64,000 bases of DNA, from contig OZ024741.1 of assembly GCA_964016885.1 (NCBI GenBank), positions 407,712,001 to 407,776,000 on the forward strand. Direction: 5' to 3'. Made by a program: the position numbers and the translations under genes. The notes under the pieces were generated by a model. That model was given only the letters and a program-made list of their open reading frames with translations, was not told where the DNA came from and made no database searches. This document shows, one piece after another, positions 38,361 to 50,100 of this stretch (position 1 is its first letter; each line of letters starts with the position of its first letter). This DNA is from Eledone cirrhosa. Lineage: Eukaryota.

Positions 38361-41300
38361 GTTGGTGGTAGAGTTGGTAATGTTACTGGTGGTGTTGGTG
38401 GTAGTGTTGGTATTGGTGGTGTTGGTGGTAGTGTTGGTACTGGTGGTGTTGGTGATAGTGTTGGTACTGGTGGTGTTGGTGGTAGTGTTGGCATTGGTGG
38501 TGTTGGTGGTGGTGTTGCTACTGGTGGTGTTGGTGGTAATGTTGGTATTGGTGGTGTAGGTGGTAATGTTGGTATTGGTGGTGTAGGTGGTAGTGTTGTT
38601 ACTGGTGGTATTGTTGGTAGTGTTGGTGCAGGTGGTGTTGGTGGTAGTGTTAGTACTGGTACTGGTGGTGTTGATGATAGTGTTGGTATTGGTGGTGTTG
38701 GTGGTACTGTTGGTACTGGTGGTGTTGGTGGTAGTGTTGGTACTGGTGGTGTTGGTAGAAGTGTTGGTACTGGTGGTGTTGGTGGTAGTGTTGGTATTGG
38801 TGGTGTTGGTGGTAGTGTTGGTACTGGTGGTGTTGGTGGTAGTGTTGGTAATGGTGGTGATGGTGGTAGTGTTGGTATTGGTGGTGTTGGTGGTAGTGTT
38901 GGTACTGGTGGTGTTGGTGGTGGTGTTGGTACTGGTACTGGTGGTGTTGGTGGTGTTGGTGGTAGTGTTGGTACTGGTGGTGTTGGTGGTAGTGTTGGAA
39001 CTGGTACTGGTGGTAGTAGTGTTGGTACTGGTGGTTTGGTTGTAATATTGGTACAGGTGGTGTTGGTGGTAGTGTTGATACTGGTGGTGTGTGTGGTAGT
39101 GTTGGTATTGGTGGTGTTGGTGGTAGTGTTGGTAATGGTCGTGTTGGTGGTAGTGTTGGTACTGGTGGTTTGGTGGTAATATTGGTACAGGTGGTGTTGG
39201 TGTTAGTGTTGATACTGGTGGTGTGTGTGGTAGTGTTGGTACAGGTGGTGTTGGTGGTAGTGTTGGTACTGGTGGTGTTGGTGATAGTGTTGGTACAGGT
39301 GGTGTTGGTGGTAGTGTTGGTACTGGTGGTGTTGGTGGTAGTGTTGGTACTGGTGGTGGTGGTGGTAGTGTTGGTACTGGTGGTGTTGGTGGTAGTGTTG
39401 GTATTGGTACTGGTGGTGTTAGTGGTAGTGTTGGTACTGGTGGTGTTGGTGTTTGTGTTGGCACTGGTGGTGTTGTTGGTAGTGTTGGTACTGGTGTTGT
39501 TGGTGGTAGTCTTGGCACTGGTGATGTTGGTGGTAGTGTTGGTACTGGTGGTGTTGGTGGTAGTGTTGGTACTGGTGGTGTTGGTGGTAGTGTTGGTACA
39601 GGTGATGTTGGTGGTAGTGTTGGTATTGGTGGTGTTGGTGGTAGTGTTGGTACTGGTGGTGTTGGTTTCTGGTACTGGTGGTGTCGGTGTTAGTGTTGGT
39701 AAAAGTGGTGTTGGTGGTAGTGTTGGTATTGGTGGTGCCGGTGGTAGTGTTGGTATTGGTGGTGTTTGTGGTAGTGTTGGTACTGGTGGTGTTGGTGGTA
39801 GTGTTGGTACTGGTAGTGTTGGTGGTAGTATTGGTACTGTTACTGGTGGTGTTGGTTGTAGTGTTGGTATTGGTGGTGTTGGTGGTAGTGTTAGTATTGG
39901 TGGTGTTGGTGGTAGTGTTGGTACTGGTGGTGTTGGTGGTAGTAGTGGTATTAGTGGTGTTGGTGGTAGTGTTGGTATAGGTGGTGTTGGTGGTAGTGTT
40001 AGTACTGGTGGTGTTGGTGGTAGTGTTGGTACTGGTGGTGTTGGTGGTAGTGGTGGTATTAGTGGTGTTGGTGGTAGTGTTGGTATAGGTGGTGTTGGTG
40101 GTAGTGTTAGTACTGGTGGTGTTGGTGGTAGCGTCGGTACTGTTACTGGTGGTGTTGGTGGTAGTGTTGGTACTGGTGGTGTTGGTGGTAGTGTTGGTAT
40201 TGGTGGTGTTGGTGGTAGTGTTGGTTCTGGTGGTGTTGGTGGTAGTGTTTGTACAGGTGCTGTTGGTGGTAGTGTTAGTATTGGTGGTGTTGGTGGTAGC
40301 GTTGGTACTGTTACTGGTGGTGTTGGTGGTAGTGTTGGTACTGGTGGTGTTGGTGGTAGTGTTGGTACTGGTGGTGTTGGTGGTAGTGTTGGTACTGGTG
40401 GTGTTGGTGGTAGTGTTGGTACTGGTGGTGTTGGTGGTAGTGTTGGTACTGGTACTGGTGGTGTTGGTGGTAGTGTTGGTACTGGTGGTGTTGGTGGTAG
40501 TGTTGGTACTAGTGGTGTTGGTGGTAGTGTTGGTACTGGTGGTGTTGGTGGTAGTGTTGGTACTGGTGGTGTTGGTGATAGTGTTGGTACTGGTGGTGTT
40601 GGTGGTAGTGTTGGCATTGGTGGTGTTGGTGGTGGTGTTGCTACTGGTGGTGTTGGTGGTAATGTTGGTATTGGTGGTGTAGGTGGTAATGTTGGTATTG
40701 GTGGTGTAGGTGGTAGTGTTGTTACTGGTGGTATTGGTGGTAGTGTTGGTGCTGGTGGTGGTGGTGGTAGTGTTGTTACCGGTGGTGTTGGTGGTGGTGT
40801 TGTTACTGGTACTGGTGGTGTTGGTGGTAGTGTTAGTACTGGTACTGGTGGTGTTGGTGATAGTGTTGGTATTGGTGGTGTTGGTGGTACTGTTGGTACT
40901 GGTTGTGTTGGTGGAAGTGTTGGTACTGGTGGTGTTGGTGGTAGTGTTGGTATTGGTGGTGTTGGTGGAAGTGTTGGTACTGGTGGTGTTGGTGGTAGTG
41001 TTGGTATTGGTGGTGTTGGTGGAAGTGTTGGTATTGGTGGTGTTGGTGGAAGTGTTGGTACTGGTGGTGTTGGTGGTAGTGTTGGTACTGGTGGTGTTGG
41101 TGGTAGTGTTGGTAATGGTGGTGATGGTGGTAGTGTTGGTATTGGTGGTGTTGGTGGTAGTGTTGGTATTAGTGGTGTTGCTGGTAGTGTTGGTACTGGT
41201 GGTGTTGGTGGTGGTGTTGGTACTGGTACTGGTGGTGTTGGTGGTAGTGTTGCTACTGGTGGTGTTGGTGGTAGTGTTGGAACTGGTACTGGTGGTGGTA

Positions 41301-44159
41301 GTGTTGGTACTGGTGGTGTTGTTGGTAGTGTTGGTATTGATGGTGTTGGTGGTAGTGTTGGTAATGGTCGTGTTGGTGGTAGTGTTGGTACTGGTGGTGT
41401 TTGTGGTAGTGTTGGTACTGGTGGTGTTGGTGATAGTGTTGGTACAGGTGGTGTTGGTGGTAGTGTTGGTACTGGTGGTGTTGGTGGTAGTGTTGGTACT
41501 GGTGGTGATGGTGGTAGTGTTGGTACTGGTGGTGTTGGTGGTAGTGTTGGTATTGGTACTGGTTGTGTTAGTGGTAGTGTTGGTACTGGAGGTGTTGTTG
41601 GTAGTGTTGGTACTGGTACTGGTGGTGTTGGTGGTAGTGTTTGTACTTGTACTTGTGGTGTTGGTGGTAGTGTTGGTACTGGTACTGGTGGTGTTGGTGG
41701 TAGTATCTGTACTGGTACTGGTGGTGTTGGTGGTAGTGTTGGTACTGGTGGTGTTGGTGGTACTGTTGGTACTGGTGGTGTTGGTGTTGGTGGTAGTGTT
41801 GATACTGGTGGTTATGGTGTTAGTGTTGGTACTGGTGGTGTTGGTGGTAGTGTTGGTACTGGTGGTGTTGGTGGTAGTGTTGGCACTGGTGGTGTTGGTG
41901 GTAGTGTTGGTACTGGTGGTGTTGGTGTTAGTGTTGGTACTGGTGGTGTTGGTGGAAGTGTTGGTACTGGTGGTGTTGGTGGTAGTGTTGGTATTGGTGG
42001 TGTTGGTGGTAGTGTTGGTACTGGTGGTGTTGGTGGTAGTGTTAGTACTGGTACTGTTGGTGTTGGTGGTAGTGTTGGTATTGGTGGTGTTGCTGGTATT
42101 GTTGGTACTGGTGGTGTTGGTGGTAGTGTTGGTACTGGTGGTGTTGGTGGTAGTGTTGGTGCTGGTGGTGTTGGTGGTAGTGTTGGTACTGGTGGTGTTG
42201 GTGGTAGTGTTTATACTGGTGGTGTTGGTGGTGGTGTTGGTAGTAGTGTTTGTACTGGTGGTGTTGGTGTTGGTGGTAGTGTTGGTACTGGTGGTGTTGG
42301 TGGTAGTGTTGGTACTGGTGGTGTTGGTGGTAGTGTTGGTATTGGTGGTGTTGGTGGTGGTGTTGGTAGTAGTTTTGGTACTGGTTGTGTTGGTGTTGGT
42401 GGTAGTGTTGGTTCTGGTGGTGTTGGTGGTAGTGTTGGTACTGGTGGTGTTGGTGGTAGTGTTGGCACTGGTGGTGTTGGTGGTACTCTTGGTACTGGTA
42501 GTGTTGGTGGTATTGTTTGTACTGGAACTGTTGGTGTTGGTGGTAGTGTTGGTACTGGTGGTGTTGGTGGTAGTGTTGTTACTGGTACTGGTGGTGTTGG
42601 TGGTAGTGTTGGTACTGGTACTGGTAGTGTTGGTGGTTGTGTTGGTACTGGTGGTGTTGGTGGTAGTGTGGTACTGGTAGTGTTGGTGGTAGTGTTGGTA
42701 CTGGTGGTGTTAGTGGTAGTGTTGGTATTGGTGGTGTTGGTGGTAGTGTTGGTACTGGTACTGGTGGTGTTGGTGGTAGTGTTGGTACTGGTACTGGTAG
42801 TGTTGGTGGTTGTGTTGGTACTGGTGGTGTTGGTGGTAGTGTTGGTACTGGTAGTGTTGGTGGTAGTGTTGGTATTGGTGGTGTTGGTGGTAGTGTTGTT
42901 ACAGGTGGTGTTGGTGGTAGTGTTGGTACTGGTACTGGTGGTGTTGGTGGTAGTGTTGGTACAGGTGGTAGTGTTGGTATTGGTGGTGTTGGTGGTAGTT
43001 TTGGTACTGGTGGTGTTGGTGGTAGTGTTGGTACTGGTGGTGTTGGTGGAAGTGTTAGTACTGGTGCTGTTGGTGGTAGTGTTGGTATTGGTGGTGTTGG
43101 TGGTAGTGTTGGTACTGGTGGTGTTGGTGGTAGTGTTGGTAATGGTGGTGATGGTGGTAGTGTTGGTATTGGTGGTGTTGGTGGTAGTGTTGGTATTAGT
43201 GGTGTTGGTGGTAGTGTTGGTACTGGTGGTGGTGTTGGTACTGGTACTGGTGGTGTTGGTGGTAGTGTTGGTACTGGTGGTGTTGGTGGTAGTGTTGGAA
43301 CTGGTACTGGTGGTGGTAGTGTTGGTACTGGTGGTGTTGTTGGTAGTGTTGGTATTGGTGGTGTTGGTGGTAGTGTTGGTAAGGGTCGTGTTGGTGGTAG
43401 TGTTGGTACTGGTGGTGTTTGTGGTAGTGTTGGTACTGGTGGTTTGGTGGTAATATTGGTACAGGTGGTGTTGGTGGTAGTGTTGATACTGGTGGTGTTG
43501 GTGGTAATGTTGGTATTGGTGGTGTAGGTTGTAGTGTTGTTACTGGTGGTGTTGGTGGTAGTGTTGGTGCTGGTGCTGTTGGTGGTAGTGTTGTTACTGT
43601 TGGTGTTGGTGGTGGTGTTGTTACTGGTACTGGTGGTGTTGGTGGTAGTGTTGGTGGTAGTGTTGGTACTGGTGGTGTTGGTGGTAGTGTTGGTACTGGT
43701 GGTGTTGGTGGTAGTGTTGGTACTGGTGGTGTTGGTACTGGTGGTGCTGGTGGTAGTGTTGGTATTGGTGGTGTAGGTGGTAGTGTTGTTACTGGTGATT
43801 TTGGTGGTAGTGTTGGTACTGGTGGTGTTGGTGGTAGTGTTGGTACTGGTGGTGTTGGTGGTGGTGTTGTTACTGGTACTGGTGGTGTTGCTGGTAGTGT
43901 TGGTACTGGTATTGGAGGTGTTGGTGGTAGTGTTGGTACTGGTGGTGTTGGTGGTAATGTTGGTATTGGTGGTGTTGGTGGTACTGTTGGTACTGGTGGT
44001 GTTGGTGTTAGTGTTGGTACTGGTGGTGTTGGTGAAAGTGTTGGTACTGGTGGTGTTGGTGGTAGTGTTGGTATTGGTGGTGTTGGTGGTAGTGTTGGTA
44101 CTGGTGGTGTTGGTGGTAGTGTTAGTACTGGTACTGGTGGTGTTGGTGGTAGTGTTGGT

Positions 44160-47100
44160 ATTGGTGGTGTTGCTGGTACTGTTGGTACTGGTGGTGTTGG
44201 TGGTAGTGTTGGTACTGGTGGTGTTGGTGGTAGTGTTGGTGCTGGTGGTGTTGGTGGTAGTGTTGGTACTGGTGGTGTTGGTGGTAGTGTTTATACTGGT
44301 GGTGTTGGTGGTGGTGTTGGTAGTAGTGTTGGTACTGGTGGTGTTGGTGTTGGTGGTAGTGTTGGTACTGGTGGTGTTGGTGGTAGTGTTGGTACTGGTG
44401 GTGTTGGTGGTAGTGTTGGTACTGGTGGTGTTGGTGGTGGTGTTGGTAGTAGTTTTGGTACTGGTTGTGTTGGTGTTGGTGGTAGTGTTCGTTCTGGTGG
44501 TGTTGGTGGTAGTGTTGGTACTGGTGGTGTTGGTGGTAGTGTTGGCACTGGTGGTGTTGGTGGTACTGTTGGTACTGGTAGTGTTGGTGGTATTGTTTGT
44601 ACTGGAACTGTTGGTGTTGGTGGTAGTGTTGGTACTGGTGGTGTTGGTGGTAGCGTTGGTACTGTTACTGGTGGTGTTGGTGGTAGTGTTGGTATTGGTG
44701 GTGTTGGTGGTAGTGTTGGTATTGGTGGTGTTGGTGGTAGTGTTGGTACTGGTACTGGTAGTGTTGGTGGTTGTGTTGGTACTGGTGGTGTTGGTGGTAG
44801 TGTTGGTATTGGTGGTGTTGGTGGTAGTGTTGGTACTGGTACTGGTGGTATTGGTGGTAGTGTTGGTACTGTTACTGGTAGTGTTGGTGGTTGTGTTGGT
44901 ACTGGTGGTGTTGGTGGTAGTGTTGGTACTGGTAGTGTTGGTGGTAGTGTTGGTACAGGTGGTAGTGTTGGTATTGGTGCTGTTGGTGGTAGTTTTGGTA
45001 CTGGTGGTGTTGGTGGTAGTGTTGGTACTGGTGGTGTTGGTGGAAGTGTTGGTACTGGTGGTGTTGGTGGTAGTGTTGGTATTGGTAGTGTTGGTGGTAG
45101 TGTTGGTACTGGTGGTGTTGGTGGTAGTGTTGGTATTGGTGGTGATGGTGGTAGTGTTGGTATTGGTGGTGTTGGTGGTAGTGTTGGTATTAGTGGTGTT
45201 GGTGGTAGTGTTGGTACTGGTGGTGTTGGTGGTGTTGTTGGTACTGGTACTTGTGGTGTTGGTGGTAGTGTTGATACTGGTGGTGTTGGTGGTAGTGTTG
45301 ATACTGGTGGTGTTGGTGGTAATGTTGGTATTGGTGGTGTAGGTGGTAGTGTTGTTACTGGTGGTGTTGGTCGTAGTGTTGGTGCTGGTGTGGTTGGTGG
45401 TAGTGTTGTTACTGGTACTGGTGGTGTTGGTGGTAGTGTTGGTACTGGTATTGGTGGTGTTGGTGGTAGTGTTGGTACTGGTGGTGTTGGTGGTAGTGTT
45501 GGTACTGGTGGTGTTGGTGGTAGTGTTAGTACTGGTACTGGTGCTGTTGGTGATAGTGTTGGTATTGGTGGTGTTGGTGGTACTGTTGGTACTGGTGGTG
45601 TTGGTGGTAGTGTTGGTACTGGTGGTGTTGGTGGAAGTGTTGGTACTGGTGGTGTTGGTGGTAGTGTTGGTATTGGTGGTGTTGGTGGTAGTGTTGGTAC
45701 TGGTGGTGTTGGTGGTAGTGTTGGTGCTGGTATTGGTGGTGTTGATGGTAGTGTTGGTACTGGTGGTGTTGGTGGTGGTGTTGGTGGTGGTGTTGGTGGT
45801 AGTGTTGTTTCTGGTGGTGTTGGTGGAAGTGTTGGTATTGGTGGTGTTGGTGGTAGTGTTGGTATTGGTGGTGTTGGTGGTAGTGTTGGTACTGGTGGTG
45901 TTGGTGGTAGTGGTGGTATTGGTGGTGTTGGTGGTAGTGTTGGTATAGGTGGTGTTGGTGGTAGTGTTGGTACTGGTGGTGTTGGTGGTAGTGGTGGTAT
46001 TGGTGGTGTTGGTGGTAGTGTTGGTATAGGTGGTGTTGGTGGTAGAGTTGGTAATGTTACTGGTGGTGTTGGTGGTAGTGTTGGTATTGGTGGTGTTGGT
46101 GGTAGTGTTGGTACTGGTGGTGTTGGTGGTAGTGTTGGTACTGGTGGTGTTGGTGGTAATGTTGGTATTGGTGGTGTTGGTGGTAGTGTTGGTACAGGTG
46201 CTGTTGATGGTTATTGTTGGTATTGGTGGTGTTGGTGGTAGTGTTGGTACTGGTGGTCTTGGTGGTAGTTGGTACTGGTGGTGTTGGTGGTAGTGTTGGT
46301 ACTGGTGGTGTTGGTGGTAGTTGGTACTGGTGGTCTTGGTGGTAGTGTTGGTACTGGTGGTGTTGGTGGTAGTGTTGGTACTGGTTCAGGTGGTGTTGGT
46401 GGTAGTGTTGGTACTGGTGGTGTTGGTGGTAGTGTTGGTACTAGTGGTGTTGGTGGTAGTGTTGGTACTGGTGGTGTTGGTGGTAGTGTTGGTACTGGTG
46501 GTGTTGGTGATAGTGTTGGTACTGGTGGTGTTGGTGGTAGTGTTGGCATTGGTGGTGTTGGTGGTGGTGTTGTTACTGGTGGTATTGGTGGTAGTGTTGG
46601 TGCTGGTGGTGTTGGTGGTAGTATTGTTACCGGTGGTGTTGGTGGTGGTGTTGTTACTGGTACTGGTGGAGTTGGTGGTAGTGTTGGTACTGGTATTGGT
46701 AGTGTTGGTACTGGTGGTGTTGGTGGTAGTGTTAGTACTGGTACTGGTGGTGTTGGTGATAGTGTTGGTATTGGTGGTGTTGGTGGTACTGTTGGTACTG
46801 GTGGTGTTGGTGGTAGTGTTGGTACTGGTGGTGTTGGTGGAAGTGTTGGTGCTGGTGGTGTTGGTGGTAGTGTTGGTATTGGTGGTGTTGGTGGTAGTGT
46901 TGGTACTGGTGGTGTTGGTGGTAGTGTTGGTAATGGTGGTGATGGTGGTAGTGTTGGTATTGGTGGTGTTGGTGGTAGTGTTGGTATTAGTGGTGTTGGT
47001 GGTAGTGTTGGTACTGGTGGTGTTGGTGGTGGTGTTGGTACTGGTACTGGTGGTGTTGGTGGTAGTGTTGGTACTGGTGGTGTTGGTGGTAGTGTTGGAA

Positions 47101-50100
47101 CTGGTACTGGTGGTGGTAGTGTTGGTACTGGTGGTGTTGTTGGTAGTGTTGGTATTGGTGGTGTTGGTGGTAGTGTTGGTAATGGTCGTGTTGGTGGTAG
47201 TGTTGGTACTGGTGGTGTTGGTGGTAGCGTTGGTACTGGTGGTGTTTGTGGTAGTGTTGGTACTGGTGGTTTGGTGGTAATATTGGTACAGGTAGTGTTG
47301 GTGGTAGTGTTGATACTGGTGGTGTGTGTGGTAGTGTTGGTACAGGTGGTGTTGGTGGTAGTGTTGGTAATGGTCGTGTTGGTGGTAGTGTTGGTACTGG
47401 TGGTGTTGGTGGTAGTGTTGGTACTGGTGGTGTTTGTGGTAGTGTTGGTACTGGTGGTTTGGTGGTAATATTGGTACAGGTAGTGTTGGTGGTAGTGTTG
47501 ATACTGGTGGTGTGTGTGGTAGTGTTGGTACAGGTGGTGTTGGTAGTAGTGTTGGTACAGGTGGTGTTGGTGGTAGTGTTGGTACTGGTGGTGTTGGTGT
47601 TAGTGTTGGTACTGGTGGTGGTGGTGGTAGTGTTGGTACTGGTGGTGTTGGTGGTAGTGTTGGTATTGGTACTGGTGGTGTTAGTGGTAGTGTTGGTACT
47701 GGAGGTGTTGGTGGTAGTGTTGGTACTGGTGGTGTTGGTGTTTGTGTTGGCACTGGTGGTGTTGGTGGTAGTGTTTGTACTTGTACTTGTGGTGTTGGTG
47801 GTAGTGTTGGTACTGGTACTGTTTGTGTTGGTGGTAGTGTTGGTACTGGTACTGGTGGTGTTGGTGGTAGTGTTGGTAGTGGTGGTGTTGCTGGTACTGT
47901 TGGTACTGGTGGTGTTGGTGGTAGTGTTGGTACTGGTGGTGTTGGTGGTAGTGTTGGTGCTGGTGGTGTTGGTGGTAGTGTTGGTACTGGTGGTGTTGGT
48001 GGTAGTGTTTATACTGGTGGTGTTGGTGGTGGTGTTGGTAGTAGTGTTGGTACTGGTGGTGTTGGTGTTGGTGGTAGTGTTGGTACTGGTGGTGTTGGTG
48101 GTAGTGTTGGTACTGGTGGTGTTGGTGGTAGTGTTGGTACTGGTGGTGTTGGTGGTGGTGTTGGTAGTAGTTTTGGTACTGGTTGTGTTGGTGTTGGTGG
48201 TAGTGTTCGTTCTGGTGGTGTTGGTGGTAGTGTTGGTACTGGTGGTGTTGGTGGTAGTGTTGGCACTGGTGGTGTTGGTGGTACTGTTGGTACTGGTAGT
48301 GTTGGTGGTATTGTTTGTACTGGAACTGTTGGTGTTGGTGGTAGTGTTGGTACTGGTGGTGTTGGTGGTAGCGTTGGTACTGTTACTGGTGGTGTTGGTG
48401 GTAGTGTTGGTATTGGTGGTGTTGGTGGTAGTGTTGGTATTGGTGGTGTTGGTGGTAGTGTTGGTACTGGTACTGGTAGTGTTGGTGGTTGTGTTGGTAC
48501 TGGTGGTGTTGGTGGTAGTGTTGGTATTGGTGGTGTTGGTGGTAGTGTTGGTACTGGTACTGGTGGTATTGGTGGTAGTGTTGGTACTGGTACTGGTAGT
48601 GTTGGTGGTTGTGTTGGTACTGGTGGTGTTGGTGGTAGTGTTGGTACTGGTAGTGTTGGTGGTAGTGTTGGTACAGGTGGTAGTGTTGGTATTGGTGCTG
48701 TTGGTGGTAGTTTTGGTACTGGTGGTGTTGGTGGTAGTGTTGGTACTGGTGGTGTTGGTGGAAGTGTTGGTACTGGTGGTGTTGGTGGTAGTGTTGGTAT
48801 TGGTGGTGTTGGTGGTAGTGTTGGTACTGGTGGTGTTGGTGGTAGTGTTGGTATTGGTGGTGATGGTGGTAGTGTTGGTATTGGTGGTGTTGGTGGTAGT
48901 GTTGGTATTAGTGGTGTTGGTGGTAGTGTTGGTACTGGTGGTGTTGGTGGTGTTGTTGGTACTGGTACTTGTGGTGTTGGTGGTAGTGTTGATACTGGTG
49001 GTGTTGGTGGTAGTGTTGATACTGGTGGTGTTGGTGGTAATGTTGGTATTGGTGGTGTAGGTGGTAGTGTTGTTACTGGTGGTGTTGGTCGTAGTGTTGG
49101 TGCTGGTGTGGTTGGTGGTAGTGTTGTTACTGGTACTGGTGGTGTTGGTGGTAGTGTTGGTACTGGTGGTGTTGGTGGTAGTGGTGGTATTGGTGGTGTT
49201 GGTGGTAGTGTTGGTATAGGTGGTGTTGGTGGTAGAGTTGGTAATGTTACTGGTGGTGTTGGTGGTAGTGTTGGTATTGGTGGTGTTGGTGGTAGTGTTG
49301 GTACTGGTGGTGTTGGTGGTAGTGTTGGTACTGGTGGTGTTGGTGGTAATGTTGGTATTGGTGGTGTTGGTGGTAGTGTTGGTACAGGTGCTGTTGATGG
49401 TTATTGTTGGTATTGGTGGTGTTGGTGGTAGTGTTGGTACTGGTGGTCTTGGTGGTAGTTGGTACTGGTGGTGTTGGTGGTAGTGTTGGTACTGGTGGTG
49501 TTGGTGGTAGTTGGTACTGGTGGTCTTGGTGGTAGTGTTGGTACTGGTGGTGTTGGTGGTAGTGTTGGTACTGGTACAGGTGGTGTTGGTGGTAGTGTTG
49601 GTACTGGTGGTGTTGGTGGTAGTGTTGGTACTAGTGGTGTTGGTGGTAGTGTTGGTACTGGTGGTGTTGGTGGTAGTGTTGGTACTGGTGGTGTTGGTGA
49701 TAGTGTTGGTACTGGTGGTGTTGGTGGTAGTGTTGGCATTGGTGGTGTTGGTGTTGGTGTTGTTACTGGTGGTATTGGTGGTAGTGTTGGTGCTGGTGGT
49801 GTTGGTGGTAGTATTGTTACCGGTGGTGTTGGTGGTTGTGTTGTTACTGGTACTGGTGGAGTTGGTGGTAGTGTTGGTACTGGTATTGGTAGTGTTGGTA
49901 CTGGTGGTGTTGGTGGTAGTGTTAGTACTGGTACTGGTGGTGTTGGTGATAGTGTTGGTATTGGTGGTGTTGGTGGTACTGTTGGTACTGGTGGTGTTGG
50001 TGGTAGTGTTGGTACTGGTGGTGTTGGTGGAAGTGTTGGTGCTGGTGGTGTTGGTGGTAGTGTTGGTATTGGTGGTGTTGGTGGTAGTGTTGGTACTGGT

